A stretch of 64,000 nt of DNA from an uncultured Poribacteria bacterium (GTDB taxonomy: Bacteria > Poribacteria > WGA-4E > WGA-3G). The first letter of the stretch is position 1. Every line of letters begins with the position of its first letter. Shown one piece after another: positions 1-9,530 of this stretch. The notes below the pieces were generated by a model, which made no database searches, was not told where the DNA came from, and saw only the letters and a program-made list of their open reading frames with translations. The stretch is from positions 2,432,001-2,496,000 of the forward strand of contig OX638351.1 in the NCBI GenBank assembly GCA_951813565.1, given 5' to 3'. The position numbers and the translations under genes are program-made.

Positions 1-121
1 CGCTACAATTGAATGCTTCTGGGTGATGTATACTTTAAGTTGACGATAAGCAAATTTCAGTTAAAGAAACAGGTTGAATCTGGCTAAAAAACTTTTAAAT
101 CTGTTGTGGTTCAAGGCAAAC

Positions 122-1546
122 TTAATCTGACCAAGTAATCGGACGATGTGGGTCAATAAAACAGTTGTCTTTATCTTTGCGACGCGGTGATGGTAATACA
201 TCTGCTTTTGCTCTAAGCCTTGAAAGGGTCACGGCATAATCTGGATCGTCTATCAGGTTGTTTCGTTCGTCTGGGTCTTTGGCGAGATCAAAGAGTTGGT
301 CAGGCCAACCCTTATTGTTGTCAAAACGGAAATACTTCAAACTCCCCTCCTTTACCATCACAGAAGGCCCGTTTTGCGCACGCCACAGTTCGCTATATAC
401 CGTATCATCCCAATCAGCAGAATTTCCCTGAATCAGTGACGCAAGCGATTTTCCATCAAGTTCATCAGGTGCGGGAATCCCCGCTAACTCACACAAAGTC
501 GGAAATAAATCGATTAACGATACATTCTGCTCAATGATTTTCGGTTCTCGTCCGAATTTCTTTGGATACCAGATTGAAAGAGGTACCCGCGCGGAAGCCT
601 CAAAATAACTCTGTTTTTCCCACAGACCTTTTGTACCCAGCATCTCACCGTGGTCAGAGAGAAAAACGATAATAAAATCATCAAGCACATTTAGGTGTTC
701 TAATTTTTCAATCACTCTACCAAACTGTGCATCCATCCACTCAATCATTCCATAATACGCAGCTGTTGCACGGTGTGCCTGACGGTAAGTTACATCTTTA
801 CCGATCTGAGCTCTAAAAAAGTTGTCATACCCAAACTTTTCGTTTGGTTCTTCAACAATCGGTTCCACGCGTTGCATGTAGTAATTGAACAAGTCAAGCG
901 GACACTGATACGGATAGTGTGGCGCTATGAGACTTACCGCCATACAAAGCGGATTTGACTTAGGTCGGTCATAAGAGGCGTTAACAAAATATTCCTCAAG
1001 GAATAGAAGCGCACCGTCCACATTATATTGATCATGGAGCATCCAATGCCCTATGCCCGGTTGCGCATCACGGACTTCTTGAACGACTTTGTTTTGTTTC
1101 ATGCCGGTTCCGGGTTCTCGTTCAATCTGTGCGGTGTGTTCGTCTTTCACGGCCGGATAGGGATAGCCGTTATTTCCAATAATATCGCGCCCAATACGTT
1201 CATGCCAACCGTGCATCACATCAGTGCCAACAAAATGCATTTTGCCTGCACAGCATGAATAATAGCCGTAGTTGCCGAGATGTCCGGGAATGGTTCGGAC
1301 TTCTGTCGGCATTGGGTCGCCAAAATTTAAACAACCGCAGTTGCGGGGATAGAGTCCTGAAAGAAAGCTTTGACGGGCAGGAACGCAGACTGGAGATGGT
1401 GTATAAGCATTACGGAAGTATATGCCCTCATCCATAAAGCGAGAAAGTGTCGGCGTGCGGATAACTGTGTCCCCTTCGATCGGCAGGACATCGGGTCGGT
1501 GTTCATCGTTGATGAAAAGTAAAATGTGCGGTTTATTTTGTGGCAT
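122..1546 (-). CDS. Sulfatase (choline-sulfatase-like)
   Basis: CVPAR (CxPxR) formylglycine motif, GKMH, SDHGE and C-terminal LFDL..DP.E motifs. Confidence 0.9.
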   Translation of the reverse strand: MPQNKPHILLFINDEHRPDVLPIEGDTVIRTPTLSRFMDEGIYFRNAYTPSPVCVPARQSFLSGLYPRNCGCLNFGDPMPTEVRTIPGHLGNYGYYSCCAGKMHFVGTDVMHGWHERIGRDIIGNNGYPYPAVKDEHTAQIEREPGTGMKQNKVVQEVRDAQPGIGHWMLHDQYNVDGALLFLEEYFVNASYDRPKSNPLCMAVSLIAPHYPYQCPLDLFNYYMQRVEPIVEEPNEKFGYDNFFRAQIGKDVTYRQAHRATAAYYGMIEWMDAQFGRVIEKLEHLNVLDDFIIVFLSDHGEMLGTKGLWEKQSYFEASARVPLSIWYPKKFGREPKIIEQNVSLIDLFPTLCELAGIPAPDELDGKSLASLIQGNSADWDDTVYSELWRAQNGPSVMVKEGSLKYFRFDNNKGWPDQLFDLAKDPDERNNLIDDPDYAVTLSRLRAKADVLPSPRRKDKDNCFIDPHRPITWSD

Positions 1547-1638
1547 GGTTGTTTAGGTTAGATGAGCAGAGAGTTCTAAATTGGGGTTATAAACCCTCCT
1601 ACAAGAGTGTTGCAAAATAGGTAACAACTTGAGTTACT

Positions 1639-2397
1639 TTAGTAAGGAGTCATCAATTCTTCTGCGCCCGGTATCGGTTTTCGCTCAAATTCCGGTGTAA
1701 TCCACCTTTCACCAGGGTCTTTACCCGGTTTATAATATCCATAAACGACTGTCCATCTGGTGTCGCTATCCTGTTTTCTCGGAGTTACGGCATGTGCCGC
1801 ATGTGTCCACATCAGGATGATCGTTCCTGGCGGCATTGATAGCCTCTGGATCTTCAATGGTTCGCCAGTCTCAGGATGCGTTTTTCCTGCCAGCCAACCC
1901 TCTCGTAATGCTTCATCTGTTGCCGCCTGAATTTTGGGATCACGGTAAAGATGGCTACCGGGTACTGCCTTTAAACCACCATCATCCGCTTGAAATCCGT
2001 TGACATAGAAGAATATACGGACATAACCGTAGCGCGGATCATCTTCAGAGTATCCGTGGCTATGCCAACCGATGCCACCATTGCCGCCGGGGCGATTAAG
2101 GCTAACGCAGTGGTCATATCGGATTTCTTCGCCAAGCACTCCGCGCGCAAGTTTAAGCATTTGCGGATGCGGGATCAGGCTTTCAAGATAACTGTCATAT
2201 TCCGCTGCGAATCTGTTCGGTTCATATCCTTTTTTACCACCAGGAATGAGTGATTCAATCCTAACTAACGCTTCTGTCAATCGCTCCTGAGCATCGGTAG
2301 TAAGAAGGCCGGGCAGTACATAATGACCATCACGGTCTAATTTTTTGCGCTCTTGATCGCCGAAAGTGTAATCATGAAAAATCGGTTTTGGTGACAT
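1639..2397 (-). CDS. Phytanoyl-CoA dioxygenase (PhyH) family Fe/2OG oxygenase
   Basis: WHSH, VPGSH, distal HAV..R motifs; tandem paralog of 2537..3295. Confidence 0.8.
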   Translation of the reverse strand: MSPKPIFHDYTFGDQERKKLDRDGHYVLPGLLTTDAQERLTEALVRIESLIPGGKKGYEPNRFAAEYDSYLESLIPHPQMLKLARGVLGEEIRYDHCVSLNRPGGNGGIGWHSHGYSEDDPRYGYVRIFFYVNGFQADDGGLKAVPGSHLYRDPKIQAATDEALREGWLAGKTHPETGEPLKIQRLSMPPGTIILMWTHAAHAVTPRKQDSDTRWTVVYGYYKPGKDPGERWITPEFERKPIPGAEELMTPY

Positions 2398-2536
2398 AAA
2401 AGACTTTTAAGTTAAACTTTTTATGGTAGATTTTAGAATTACTTGGACACTCTGCACCCGCGAGATGAATCAACGCCGAATGCGCGTGGTAGAATAAGCG
2501 TTTGGTTTTCTGCATAATCTGTCACTAACTACTACC

Positions 2537-3295
2537 TTAATAAAGGGACATCAACCCTTCTACACCGGGAATCAACTTTTGTTCAAATTCGGGTGTAATC
2601 CAACGAGCACCAGAAGGTTTTCCGGGATTGCGATAGGCGTAAACGACTGTCCACCGTGTATCGCTATCCTGTTTTCTTGGGGTTACTGCATGTGCTGCAT
2701 GTGTCCACATTAAAATTACTGTTCCCGGCGGTACTGATAAAGCCTGAATCTCTAATGGTTCACCGGTCTCTGGATGGGTTTTGCCTGCCAACCATCCTTC
2801 CCTCAGCACATCATCTGTTCTACCATGAATTCTTCCATCTCGGTAAAGATGGCTTCCGGGTACTGCCTTTAAACCGCCATCATCCGCCTCAAACCCGTTG
2901 ACATAGAAGAAGATGCGGACAAAACCGTAGCGCGGGTCATCATCTGAATATCCATGGCTATGCCAACCGATGCCGCCATTGCCACCGGGGCGATTGAGGC
3001 TAACGCAGTGGTCGTATCGGATATCATCGCCAAGCACTTTACGTGCAAGTTCCAGCATCTGTGGATGTGCAATCACACTTTCGAGATAAGTATCATATTC
3101 GGCAGAAAATCGATTGGGTTCATGCCCTTCCTTACAACCAGGTATTAGCGATTGAATCCGAGCCAATGATTCAGTCAATCGTTCCTGAGCCTCGGCAGCA
3201 AGAAGTCCAGGAAGAACATAATGACCCTCACGATCAAATCCTTTTCGCTCTTTGTCACCAAAAGTGTAATCATGAAAGATTGGATTTTGGGACAT
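2537..3295 (-). CDS. PhyH family dioxygenase, tandem paralog
   Basis: Same length (252 aa) and highly similar sequence to 1639..2397. Confidence 0.8.
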   Translation of the reverse strand: MSQNPIFHDYTFGDKERKGFDREGHYVLPGLLAAEAQERLTESLARIQSLIPGCKEGHEPNRFSAEYDTYLESVIAHPQMLELARKVLGDDIRYDHCVSLNRPGGNGGIGWHSHGYSDDDPRYGFVRIFFYVNGFEADDGGLKAVPGSHLYRDGRIHGRTDDVLREGWLAGKTHPETGEPLEIQALSVPPGTVILMWTHAAHAVTPRKQDSDTRWTVVYAYRNPGKPSGARWITPEFEQKLIPGVEGLMSLY

Positions 3296-3406
3296 ACAAA
3301 CTCCTAAGTTTGTGCTTCAGATTATTTTAACTATATGCTTAAAAATATATCATTAATTAATTGTTCTTACAATTCAAATTCTGGATATGTCATCACGAAT
3401 CTATTT

Positions 3407-3530
3407 TAACGTGAGTTTGAAAAATCAGATTTTTGGACTCGGTGCGGTTAGGAAACCGCACCTACCGGGCTTATGAGAATAAGATTTTATGCAAAATGAA
3501 GTTCATATATCTATTATCAAACTCACGTTA
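3407..3530. mobile_element. MITE with TAACGTGAGTTTGA terminal inverted repeats carrying a REP palindrome
   Basis: Perfect 14-bp IR at 3407-3420 and 3517-3530 with TA ends; internal CGGTGCGGTTAGGAAACCGCACCTAC REP. Confidence 0.7.
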
Positions 3531-4367
3531 TTTTAGTTCAGGTCCAGGATTTCGATTCCATTTTATCGGTTCAACGTCGCTTTCACAGACCGGCGCGAGT
3601 TCGGCAATTCGTTCCCAATCTGAATCTGTCCATCCGAATTTCTGCCGGAGTCTGCCGATATGTGCCTGCATGCTTGCTGGTAATAGTGCAAAGAATGGAT
3701 GATACCAGAGTGTAATCACAGTCCGGCGTTCATCGGACTGATTGCCGTGTGAGGCGTGTAGAAGCCGAGAATCACCGATAACGAGGTCGCCAGCGTCCAC
3801 TGATATGTCAATCTCGCCTGGGAAGTGCTGAAATGCGGGATGGTCAACGTTTTCTACACGCTGTAGCTCCGCACCGTGTGCGCTTGGCAATATATCATGC
3901 AGTGGGTGTCGCTTCAGATGTGAACCTTTAATCACACGGAGGCATCCGTTATACGGCGTTGTGTCAACCAGATAATACATCAGAAATAGCTGCTGAGGTA
4001 GTGCCGTGTAGCTGCACGGATCGTTCCAACCCCACCAGTCCTGATGCCAAAAGAGCGGTGGACTCTGAGGCGGTTTGCTAATAACATATCCTGATGACCA
4101 TTTTGGTCGCAGGAAACCTAAAGCCTCAAGCGTCTGTAATGCACGAGGATAAACCACTAATTCTGCAAACAGAGAATGTTGATAAACACTGATCATGCTA
4201 CCAGATGAACGGTGTGCGGCGCGTTCCTCTTCCGTTTGGGCATCAAGCAGTTCATCGGTTACTGAGCATAGCCGTGTGAGCATATCTTCCTCTAAGACAT
4301 TTTCAACAACACAGTAACCGTCGGCAATTAATTGATCGTATTTCTCTTTTGGATTTTCGACTTTCAT
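3528..4367 (-). CDS. PhyH family dioxygenase
   Basis: WHQD, GCLRVIKGSH, LLHAS..N.S..RR motifs. Confidence 0.88.
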   Translation of the reverse strand: MKVENPKEKYDQLIADGYCVVENVLEEDMLTRLCSVTDELLDAQTEEERAAHRSSGSMISVYQHSLFAELVVYPRALQTLEALGFLRPKWSSGYVISKPPQSPPLFWHQDWWGWNDPCSYTALPQQLFLMYYLVDTTPYNGCLRVIKGSHLKRHPLHDILPSAHGAELQRVENVDHPAFQHFPGEIDISVDAGDLVIGDSRLLHASHGNQSDERRTVITLWYHPFFALLPASMQAHIGRLRQKFGWTDSDWERIAELAPVCESDVEPIKWNRNPGPELK

Positions 4368-4395
4368 AACCCTTCCGCTTTGTCTTTTGCTGCTA

Positions 4396-5169
4396 TCACC
4401 TTTTAGCCACTAAAGAAAACCCATCATCATTCCCTGGATCGAAATCTTCAATTCTACGTTTTTTATAAAAGTGGAAATTCCCAAATCCCGCCTCCACAAG
4501 ACAGTTCTTAATTTCGTCGGTAGAGAGGTGTTTAAGAAAAAAGTCGCACTTGTAATCCACCTGTGTCTTTAGGTCTATTTTAAGCCAAGTGTTTCTTGAT
4601 CCGCTGTCATCTTCGTCATATTCTCCTGTTTGCAGGACAAACACGTTTTTCTCAATTTCAGACAAATTAACCATTGGAAATTGGTTTTTTATTTTTGATT
4701 GATTTGGATGCTCAAAGTAAAGCCTGCCATTAGGCGTCAGTGCTTTATATATTCGGGTTAGGAGCGACACTAAACCTTCTCTGGATTTATAGAAAAATGA
4801 GCCTTCAAAGAAAATAACAGAAAACCTTTCTTCAAAACGCATTTCATTATAGTCACCGAAAATAAATTTAATCTCTAAATTTTCGCGTTGCGTAATCTCT
4901 CGTGCCTCAGAAAGAAAGTTGGACGATAGATCCATACCAATAACATGATACCCCTGCCGGGTAAATTCACGCGAATAACTTCCAATTCCGCAGCCTGCCT
5001 CTAATATGTTGTCGTTTTTAGATAGTTGCAGTGCTTTTTCATAGAAGGGTATATGTTTTTCTACAAAATCTCTCGTCTCAAAATTGTGTCTTGCATGTTC
5101 AAGATACCACCTATCGTATATCTCATGCCCAAAATCAGTTCTATTAAATTTGCCAGAAAGATTGTTCAT
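4396..5169 (-). CDS. Class I SAM-dependent methyltransferase
   Basis: ILEAGCGIG motif I, GMDLS, L.PNGRL. Confidence 0.85.
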   Translation of the reverse strand: MNNLSGKFNRTDFGHEIYDRWYLEHARHNFETRDFVEKHIPFYEKALQLSKNDNILEAGCGIGSYSREFTRQGYHVIGMDLSSNFLSEAREITQRENLEIKFIFGDYNEMRFEERFSVIFFEGSFFYKSREGLVSLLTRIYKALTPNGRLYFEHPNQSKIKNQFPMVNLSEIEKNVFVLQTGEYDEDDSGSRNTWLKIDLKTQVDYKCDFFLKHLSTDEIKNCLVEAGFGNFHFYKKRRIEDFDPGNDDGFSLVAKR

Positions 5170-5281
5170 TTTTTTTCCTTAGACGATCAAGAATGTGAAG
5201 ATAGAGCGTTTTTTTCATAGACTTATCCATTTGATTAATCAAACCATATTCATGAATAAATGTCAAGCGAATTTCAGAGTA

Positions 5282-5389
5282 CAGAGGCATTCAATTGTCA
5301 GCTTATTACCCGTTTTAGGCGAAAGGTTGCTCCTACAGGAAGAGACCTTTGAGAAAAGTTAGAAATTACTGTAGAATTGAATGGCTCTG
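5282..5389. mobile_element. MITE (CAGAGGCATTCAATT...AATTGAATGGCTCTG) with 9-bp target duplication
   Basis: Imperfect 15-bp TIR; TTCAGAGTA at 5273-5281 and 5390-5398; related copies at 42581..42701 and 50701..50821. Confidence 0.75.
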
Positions 5390-5399
5390 TTCAGAGTAT

Positions 5400-5761
5400 G
5401 GGTGTGTAAATATTTGGTTACATAGGTTCAATTTGCAATGATTACGCGGCGTTTTCCACTGTAGAGCGGGGTCCCTGTGCCCCATGCCGTCAATTTAAGG
5501 ATATACCCTCTTGTGGGAGGGGTTTTCAACCCCGATAAAACATATAAATCGGGCTTATAAAGCCCTCCCACAAGAGGCAATCTGGTAATTGTGTGCTTAA
5601 ATTGACGCCTATGGGCGGGGTCCCTGTGCCCCGCCACTGTGCAGGACGTGCCATGCAACAGGCAGGCACCAAATCAACGGTCCGAATGCCTTTTGGCATT
5701 CCCCGGAGACCCGCCCCTTCAATAGGAGTTGTGCGGATTTCTACAAAAACTTTACACACCC
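5400..5761. mobile_element. Composite MITE (GGGTGTGTAAA TIR) containing nested REPs, a second MITE and a hairpin unit
   Basis: 11-bp TIR; TCAGAGTAT duplication at 5391-5399 and 5762-5770; inverted near-identical copy at 62146..62543. Confidence 0.85.
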
Positions 5762-5855
5762 TCAGAGTATTTCAGCTCTTGACTTATTTCTGAGAAATGG
5801 TATTATTTCATAATACTCTTAATCTGAAAACACTAATATGTGGTAGGAGAAGGAA

Positions 5856-6854
5856 ATGTCTAATATTATAAGTTGCCAAATTCATCTTAAAAATCGGATT
5901 GTTGGAATGCCAAAGGAAGAGGATTTTGAAGTAGTTGAAGTGCCGCTACCTGAACCAGAGGAAGGAGAGATATTAGTTCAAAATATATACACTTCTGTGG
6001 ACCCGTATATGCGCGGTGGCATGCGGTCTGCCGAACAGGTTAAACCACTTGATGGTGGGTGTGTCGGTAGGATTGTGTTATCAAACAGCAATAAGTTTAA
6101 GGTTGGAGATTATGTAACAGGATATTTAGGATGGCGTGACTATTACATTGCGCGGGCAGAGAGTGTGACACCTATTGATACTACTATCGCCCCACTCCAG
6201 TCATTTTTAGGTGCCGTTGGCATGCCCGGACGCACAGCCTACTTTGGGTTATTAGATATAGGTCAACCGAAAGAAGGTGAAACAGTTTTTGTCTCTGCAG
6301 CAGCGGGAGCGGTCGGTTCCATTGTGTGCCAGATAGCTAAAATCAAGGGTTGCCGAGTCGTCGCAAGTGCTGGTTCAAACGAGAAAGTTGCATGGTTAAT
6401 AGAGAAAGCAGGCGTTGACGCGGCTTTTAACTACAAGCAGGTTGAGAATTTGGAAGCAGAACTCAGAAAACACTGCCCAAATGGTCTTGACATCTATTTT
6501 GAGAATGTAGGCGGGAAACATTTACAAGCAGCACTTGCGGTGATGAACATGCACGGACGTATTCCGCTGTGCGGGATGATCTCTCAGTATAACGATGTTG
6601 AACCAACTCCCGGTCCGACAAACCTCAGTTCTGCCATCGGCAAACGGATTAGATTACAAGGATTTATTGTCACAGATTTCATGGCGCGTAACCATGAATT
6701 CTATCGGGACATGCGGCAGTGGATCAGCGATGAAAAAATTACTTGGGAAGAGACAATTATAGAAGGTTTAGAGAATGCACCGCAAGCATTTATTGCATTG
6801 TTTACGGGGAAGAAACTTGGTAAGATTATCGTCAAAGTTAGTTCTGATGATTAA
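5856..6854 (+). CDS. NADP-dependent oxidoreductase (CurA/PTGR-like, MDR family)
   Basis: SVDPYMR, GMPGRTAYFGL, AAAGAVGS, DIYFENVGG, CGMISQY. Confidence 0.9.
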   Translation: MSNIISCQIHLKNRIVGMPKEEDFEVVEVPLPEPEEGEILVQNIYTSVDPYMRGGMRSAEQVKPLDGGCVGRIVLSNSNKFKVGDYVTGYLGWRDYYIARAESVTPIDTTIAPLQSFLGAVGMPGRTAYFGLLDIGQPKEGETVFVSAAAGAVGSIVCQIAKIKGCRVVASAGSNEKVAWLIEKAGVDAAFNYKQVENLEAELRKHCPNGLDIYFENVGGKHLQAALAVMNMHGRIPLCGMISQYNDVEPTPGPTNLSSAIGKRIRLQGFIVTDFMARNHEFYRDMRQWISDEKITWEETIIEGLENAPQAFIALFTGKKLGKIIVKVSSDD

Positions 6855-6990
6855 TGTTTCTGTCAAGAGAATTCATTGGAAACTCCTTGATATTCTTGGA
6901 TTAACCAAAGAAAACTGATTATCTTGGCATTTTAAAACTTAATTTATGCCTAAAATCAGGTGAGTAACAACTTGGATTATAATACACAAA

Positions 6991-8187
6991 ATGAAAAAAT
7001 TATTAGGAAGCGTCTTCATCATGATGTTAATGCAATCAACACAGGGATATACTAAAGAAATTCCACCGGTATTTGAAAAAATTGATCCCTATTTGGCAAC
7101 TCCCGCTCCAGGAAACCTGTGTGAAATCCCAGTTGTCATAATGAGATTTTTACCCACCATAGATGGTATCAATCTGGATGTTTCCAAAGCACCTGACTTT
7201 TGGGAATTAGGTGGAATTTCATTAGAGGAATTGAAGGCAAGGATCGATCTTTTTGATAAACGGATAAAGTTTATGCTTGAAGAGGGAACTCGATTCAGAG
7301 GTTATAAAGACACATCAGCAGTTCCATCTATTGGTTATCGGGTAGTAGAATACATCACTATTTATGAACAAACGCCGCAAGGACCGGTTTCAGACCATTT
7401 AAAGGATGGAAGCCCTCTTTATTCGCCTAATTATCACAAAATTTTCGAACGATTCAACATGGAACATTATGTAAACGATTTGGGTGTTAAAGAGATTTGG
7501 ATATGGATGGGAGGTGTCAATTCCGATTTTCCTTGTTATGACCCGGAAATCCATAGACCTGAAGATTTCAGAAACTGGTGGGAATCAAATATGTCAAGTC
7601 CTCTGACCGGAGATATTTCTAACAGCAACCGAGATAACACCGATCTGCCTATCTACAATTCAACTTATACCGTCTATGGGCAAAATTTCAGGAGAAGCCA
7701 CGCTGAAGCAGTCCACAATCACGGACATCAATTAGAGGCAATATTGAGCCATGTCAATCATCTACAATTCGGCAATACAGATCTCTTTTGGAAAAAATTT
7801 GTTGGTCAAAATAAAAACGGTGACTTCATTACGGGGCGTGCAGGCTGGACACACATGCCTCCGAATACAACTAAGCACTACGATTATACTGAAACCATGA
7901 CACCTGTTGAAAGCGATATTGAAGATTGGACACCGGATAATAGTGGTATAAAGAAATTAGTTAACGTTAACACTTATGGAAAATTGAAATATGCATGGCC
8001 AGATGCCGACCCATCACAAATTCCACAACGGGTAGAGTCACAGTGGTATATCTATTGGATGCAGAATATGCCCGGACACAAAAACGGCATTCATTATGAA
8101 AACAAGGATATGACAAATTGGTGGTTGTTTACAGCTGATTGGGATAAGGCTATTTCAGCAGGTGTCGGTCTTGTCTCTAAAGATTAA
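6991..8187 (+). CDS. Secreted hypothetical protein, possible metalloprotein
   Basis: Signal-peptide-like N-terminus; EAVHNHGHQLE motif; AT-richer than neighbours. Confidence 0.6.
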   Translation: MKKLLGSVFIMMLMQSTQGYTKEIPPVFEKIDPYLATPAPGNLCEIPVVIMRFLPTIDGINLDVSKAPDFWELGGISLEELKARIDLFDKRIKFMLEEGTRFRGYKDTSAVPSIGYRVVEYITIYEQTPQGPVSDHLKDGSPLYSPNYHKIFERFNMEHYVNDLGVKEIWIWMGGVNSDFPCYDPEIHRPEDFRNWWESNMSSPLTGDISNSNRDNTDLPIYNSTYTVYGQNFRRSHAEAVHNHGHQLEAILSHVNHLQFGNTDLFWKKFVGQNKNGDFITGRAGWTHMPPNTTKHYDYTETMTPVESDIEDWTPDNSGIKKLVNVNTYGKLKYAWPDADPSQIPQRVESQWYIYWMQNMPGHKNGIHYENKDMTNWWLFTADWDKAISAGVGLVSKD

Positions 8188-8195
8188 GTATATTT

Positions 8196-8367
8196 GTAGG
8201 TTGGGTAGAACGGAAAAGAGGGAGGCGATACAGATATCCAAACATACCTTAAAACTATACGGGTCATATATCATCAGCAAGTCCGGAGTGAAACCCAACT
8301 TCGTAGCACCATATCCATCAAACCGCGTTGGAAAAGTGTTAGGTTTCGCAAGTTTTACCCAACCTAC
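8196..8367. repeat. REPIN-like pair of inverted GTAG REPs
   Basis: GTAGGTTGGGTAGAAC...TTTTACCCAACCTAC; same family at 13374, 18120, ~18660-18683, 55617/57077. Confidence 0.75.
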
Positions 8368-8405
8368 GAGTTACTTATTTTATAATTTCATGATAGATGG
8401 ATTGC

Positions 8406-9485
8406 TTAAGCACCGCGACTCAACGGATGTTCGCGATTTGCAATCGGGAACGGAACCCGTTGACCTGTGAGTTGAGATTCATAGGCGCCCAAAATCATCT
8501 CCAACGCAGCAACAGCATCTTCAGCAGCGGAAATCGGTTTCCGGTCATTCTCAATCGCATCAATCAGATCAAGGATAGCCAATTCGTTACCACTGGAAAA
8601 AGGCGTTTGGTCAAGGTCAATCGCTTCCCATTCCTGTTCAGAATTTGAAGGAACTAACACAGGATACGGATAAACCATAAGTCGATTCGCAACATCACCG
8701 CGGAGCGAGAAAGTGCCTTCACTTCCAACGATCTCCATGCCGTATCTGCCTGAGCCTGCTTGATCCTTCCGTGATTGGAAGAAACCAGAAACGCCGCTTT
8801 CAAAAGCGAAGTAGCTATTGATGCAATCCCCAGCAACAGGTCCAACGGGTTCAGTCGGCTCGTGGTCATTACTATAAGCTACCTCTTTACCGTCTTTAGT
8901 AACATGGGACTGCATCCACGCAACATTACCTACAAAAAATCGCATCATATTAAACAAATGTGTGCCGAGGACAATCATATCCTCACCGCCACCGCGATGA
9001 TCCTGCTTACCACTGGCATAAATGGCTTGAATAGTGCCAATTTTCCCATCAGTGAGCATCTGTTTGATGGTGTGCGTTGCAGGAAGGTAGACTGCCTGAT
9101 GCGCCACGGCAATCTTTAATCCTTTTTGTTTTGCTGTCTCAACAATTACATCACCATCTGCAAGTGTGCTCGTCATCGGTTTCTCGCAGTAGACGCTACA
9201 TCCCGCCTCAAGACAAGCAGTTACCATAGCGACGTGTTCCGATGTCCAGCGCGGACAGACACTCACAATGTCTAACGTTTCTTTTTCCAACATGTCACGA
9301 TAATCAGCGTAGCTGCGCAAAGCATTTGCTTCCTCAGCAGCTTTTGCCCTACCCGCTTCATCGGGGTCAGAAATAGCGATAAACTCAACTTTTTCTATGT
9401 TTTTGTATGCAATGTGTAATCCGTGTCCGAAGTTTCCGGCACCCGTATGTCCAATTGCTGCCGCACGATATGTCTTTTGACTCAT
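8406..9485 (-). CDS. Gfo/Idh/MocA family oxidoreductase
   Basis: YCEKP motif, N-terminal Rossmann fold, GTH; start placed at MSQKTY. Confidence 0.88.
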   Translation of the reverse strand: MSQKTYRAAAIGHTGAGNFGHGLHIAYKNIEKVEFIAISDPDEAGRAKAAEEANALRSYADYRDMLEKETLDIVSVCPRWTSEHVAMVTACLEAGCSVYCEKPMTSTLADGDVIVETAKQKGLKIAVAHQAVYLPATHTIKQMLTDGKIGTIQAIYASGKQDHRGGGEDMIVLGTHLFNMMRFFVGNVAWMQSHVTKDGKEVAYSNDHEPTEPVGPVAGDCINSYFAFESGVSGFFQSRKDQAGSGRYGMEIVGSEGTFSLRGDVANRLMVYPYPVLVPSNSEQEWEAIDLDQTPFSSGNELAILDLIDAIENDRKPISAAEDAVAALEMILGAYESQLTGQRVPFPIANREHPLSRGA

Positions 9486-9530
9486 AAATAATACCTCTTT
9501 CATAGGGTTTTTAGAACTCAAAGATTGTGT

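Noticed and set aside
5428..5793. Short ORFs here and at 62040-62452, 13497-13971, 18200-18409
   Set aside because: They lie within non-coding MITE/REP repeats; their mutual similarity reflects the DNA repeat
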